From the human T2T-CHM13v2.0 reference genome, Homo sapiens, in NCBI RefSeq assembly GCF_009914755.1, contig NC_060931.1: 64,000 nucleotides of DNA. One strand, given 5' to 3'. The notes under the pieces are model-generated. The model worked only from the letters and a program-made list of their open reading frames with translations. It ran no database searches and was not told the DNA's origin. This document shows positions 62,666 to 64,000 of the stretch, one piece after another (position 1 is the first letter of the stretch; each line of letters begins with the position of its first letter). A program made the position numbers and the translations under genes.

Positions 62666-63060
62666 AGTGCAGCTAGACCTCACCAGACCTGGCAAGCCAT
62701 TTAGTCAAAGCAGCTTCTCTTCCACTGCACCTGGTCTCTTTCTCTCTCTGCAGCCACATGTCCTCTCACCTTCACTTTCCCTGTGATATCTTTCTCCCTC
62801 TGTCCCTCTCTCTTCACCTCTGTCTTTTTCAGTCTGTCCATCTCTCTTAACCAGCTCTCTCTGCCTCTCCTTGTGCACATAAATAAATGTGGTTAGTCCA
62901 TTTTAATTCTCTCAGTTCAGGTGACTGGCTGAAAAAAGTACTCATATTCTATAGTTCCAATACACAGTCCCAGAAGCTTTGGTTCACGTTGGGTCTACCC
63001 CCGTGCAATCAGTATTGTCCTCTGATCGTCCACCGAAGTCACCCAGTCTGGCCTGGATGG
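62275..63060 (-). mobile_element. Old MLT1-type LTR remnant
   Basis: Start ..ttggcagtaacagaaatccac..; 3' boundary uncertain. Confidence 0.4.
62349..62665 (+). mobile_element. AluJ with (TAAA)n tail
   Basis: TSD aaagtgcagctag. Confidence 0.94.
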
Positions 63061-63239
63061 CACGGTCATGCAGTGTACACACAGCTGTCCTCATCCACTC
63101 CTGTCCCTGTGGAAAGTTCTCTGGAAATGGGACTGTGGGCTGGACATGCACCTCCAAGGCATCCTTGTCATGTCTATTTTCTCTCCAGTCTGATCACATC
63201 CGACATCCTCTCTTCCAACCTAGATGTCACACAAAGCAG

Positions 63240-63400
63240 GGGATAGTGGAAGAGAATAGGCTTGGGAGACAGACTTGGTTTCTAATACTGGCTTTGTAAA
63301 TAGTAGGTTTATGGCCTTGATAAAGGAGCGTAAACCTCAATTTCTCCATAAGAATAGGGGAAATAGCATCTATCTCGAAAGCTTATTTTGAGGATAATGA
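63240..63400 (+). mobile_element. MIR
   Basis: tagtggaagag..ggcttgggagacagacttggtttctaat..ggccttga..aacctcaatttc. Confidence 0.65.
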
Positions 63401-63705
63401 CCCATTTTGGAAAGAATCATCTAAATACAGAATTTCTATTTCTTCACTTTTCATTTATTCTATACTCACTTATTTGTGGCTTCTGCTTCTACCAGTCCCT
63501 TGAAATTGTTTTCATTAAGGTCAGCTATGACTTTTTCTGTTGCTATCATCTGTCCTAATCATATTCATTCTCTTTTTAGAATCGTCACTGTTGACCATTC
63601 TCTCCTTCTTGAAAATGCTCTTTCTATGGCTTCTATAACAATATATGTCGTGGTTTTTCAAATCGATGTTGGTTTCTTTAAGATTATTTTAATATATAAA
63701 TGAGT

Positions 63706-63873
63706 GCTGGGTGCAGTGGCACACACCTGTAGTTCCAGCTACACAGGAGGCTGAGGCAGGAGGATTGCTTGAGGCCAAGAATTTGAGGCTACAGAGTACC
63801 ATGATCAGGCCTGTGAAGAACCACTGCACTCCAGCCTGGGCAACGTAGTGAGACCTCATTTGTAAATTTTTAA
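63706..63873 (+). mobile_element. FAM (fossil Alu monomer)
   Basis: Retains the 7SL-like gatcaggcctgtgaagaaccactgcactcc segment; TSD attattttaatatataaat. Confidence 0.85.
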
Positions 63874-64000
63874 AAATTATTTTAATATATAAATAAGCAA
63901 AAAGAAATCAGCAATTATTTGTATCATTGCCAAAAATTAACTAGCGCTAACATGTTTGATTCTCTTTTTTATTTTCTTTTTAAAAATTCAATTAATATGG

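Noticed and set aside
63706-63873. 7SL RNA gene
   Set aside because: It lacks the S domain and has a TSD; it is a fossil Alu monomer.

Overview
This is primate (most likely human) euchromatic non-coding DNA. I find no protein-coding exon, CpG island, tRNA, rRNA or snRNA, and no prokaryotic-type system. Most long entries in the ORF track are Alu/L1/LTR read-throughs. The window is a dense repeat mosaic: about 46 Alu/FLAM/FAM copies, about 16 LTR pieces (MER61, MLT1/MLT2, THE1, MSTA, LTR16 x4, LTR33), L1M/L1PA fragments, L2/MIR remnants and DNA transposons (MADE1, MER5, MER81, MER91, MER58, MER3). The main hidden structure is a fossil class III (ERV-L; LTR16/HERV16-type) provirus at ~31.45-36.77 kb. 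Its protease end, RT, RNase H, integrase and dUTPase motifs still read in order across five later insertion sites, and the ORF track misses it. Other oddities: two Alus with abnormally long flanking duplications (~130 bp and ~60 bp), an AluY with an inverted copy of its own tail at its 5' junction, a chain of four palindromes in 52 bp of unique DNA (39063-39114), an unnamed ~215-bp fold-back element (60638-60852), and several enhancer-like unique islands. Repeat family names come from recalled consensus sequences, not a database search, and boundaries of old repeats are approximate. I see no convincing wholly new biological system.
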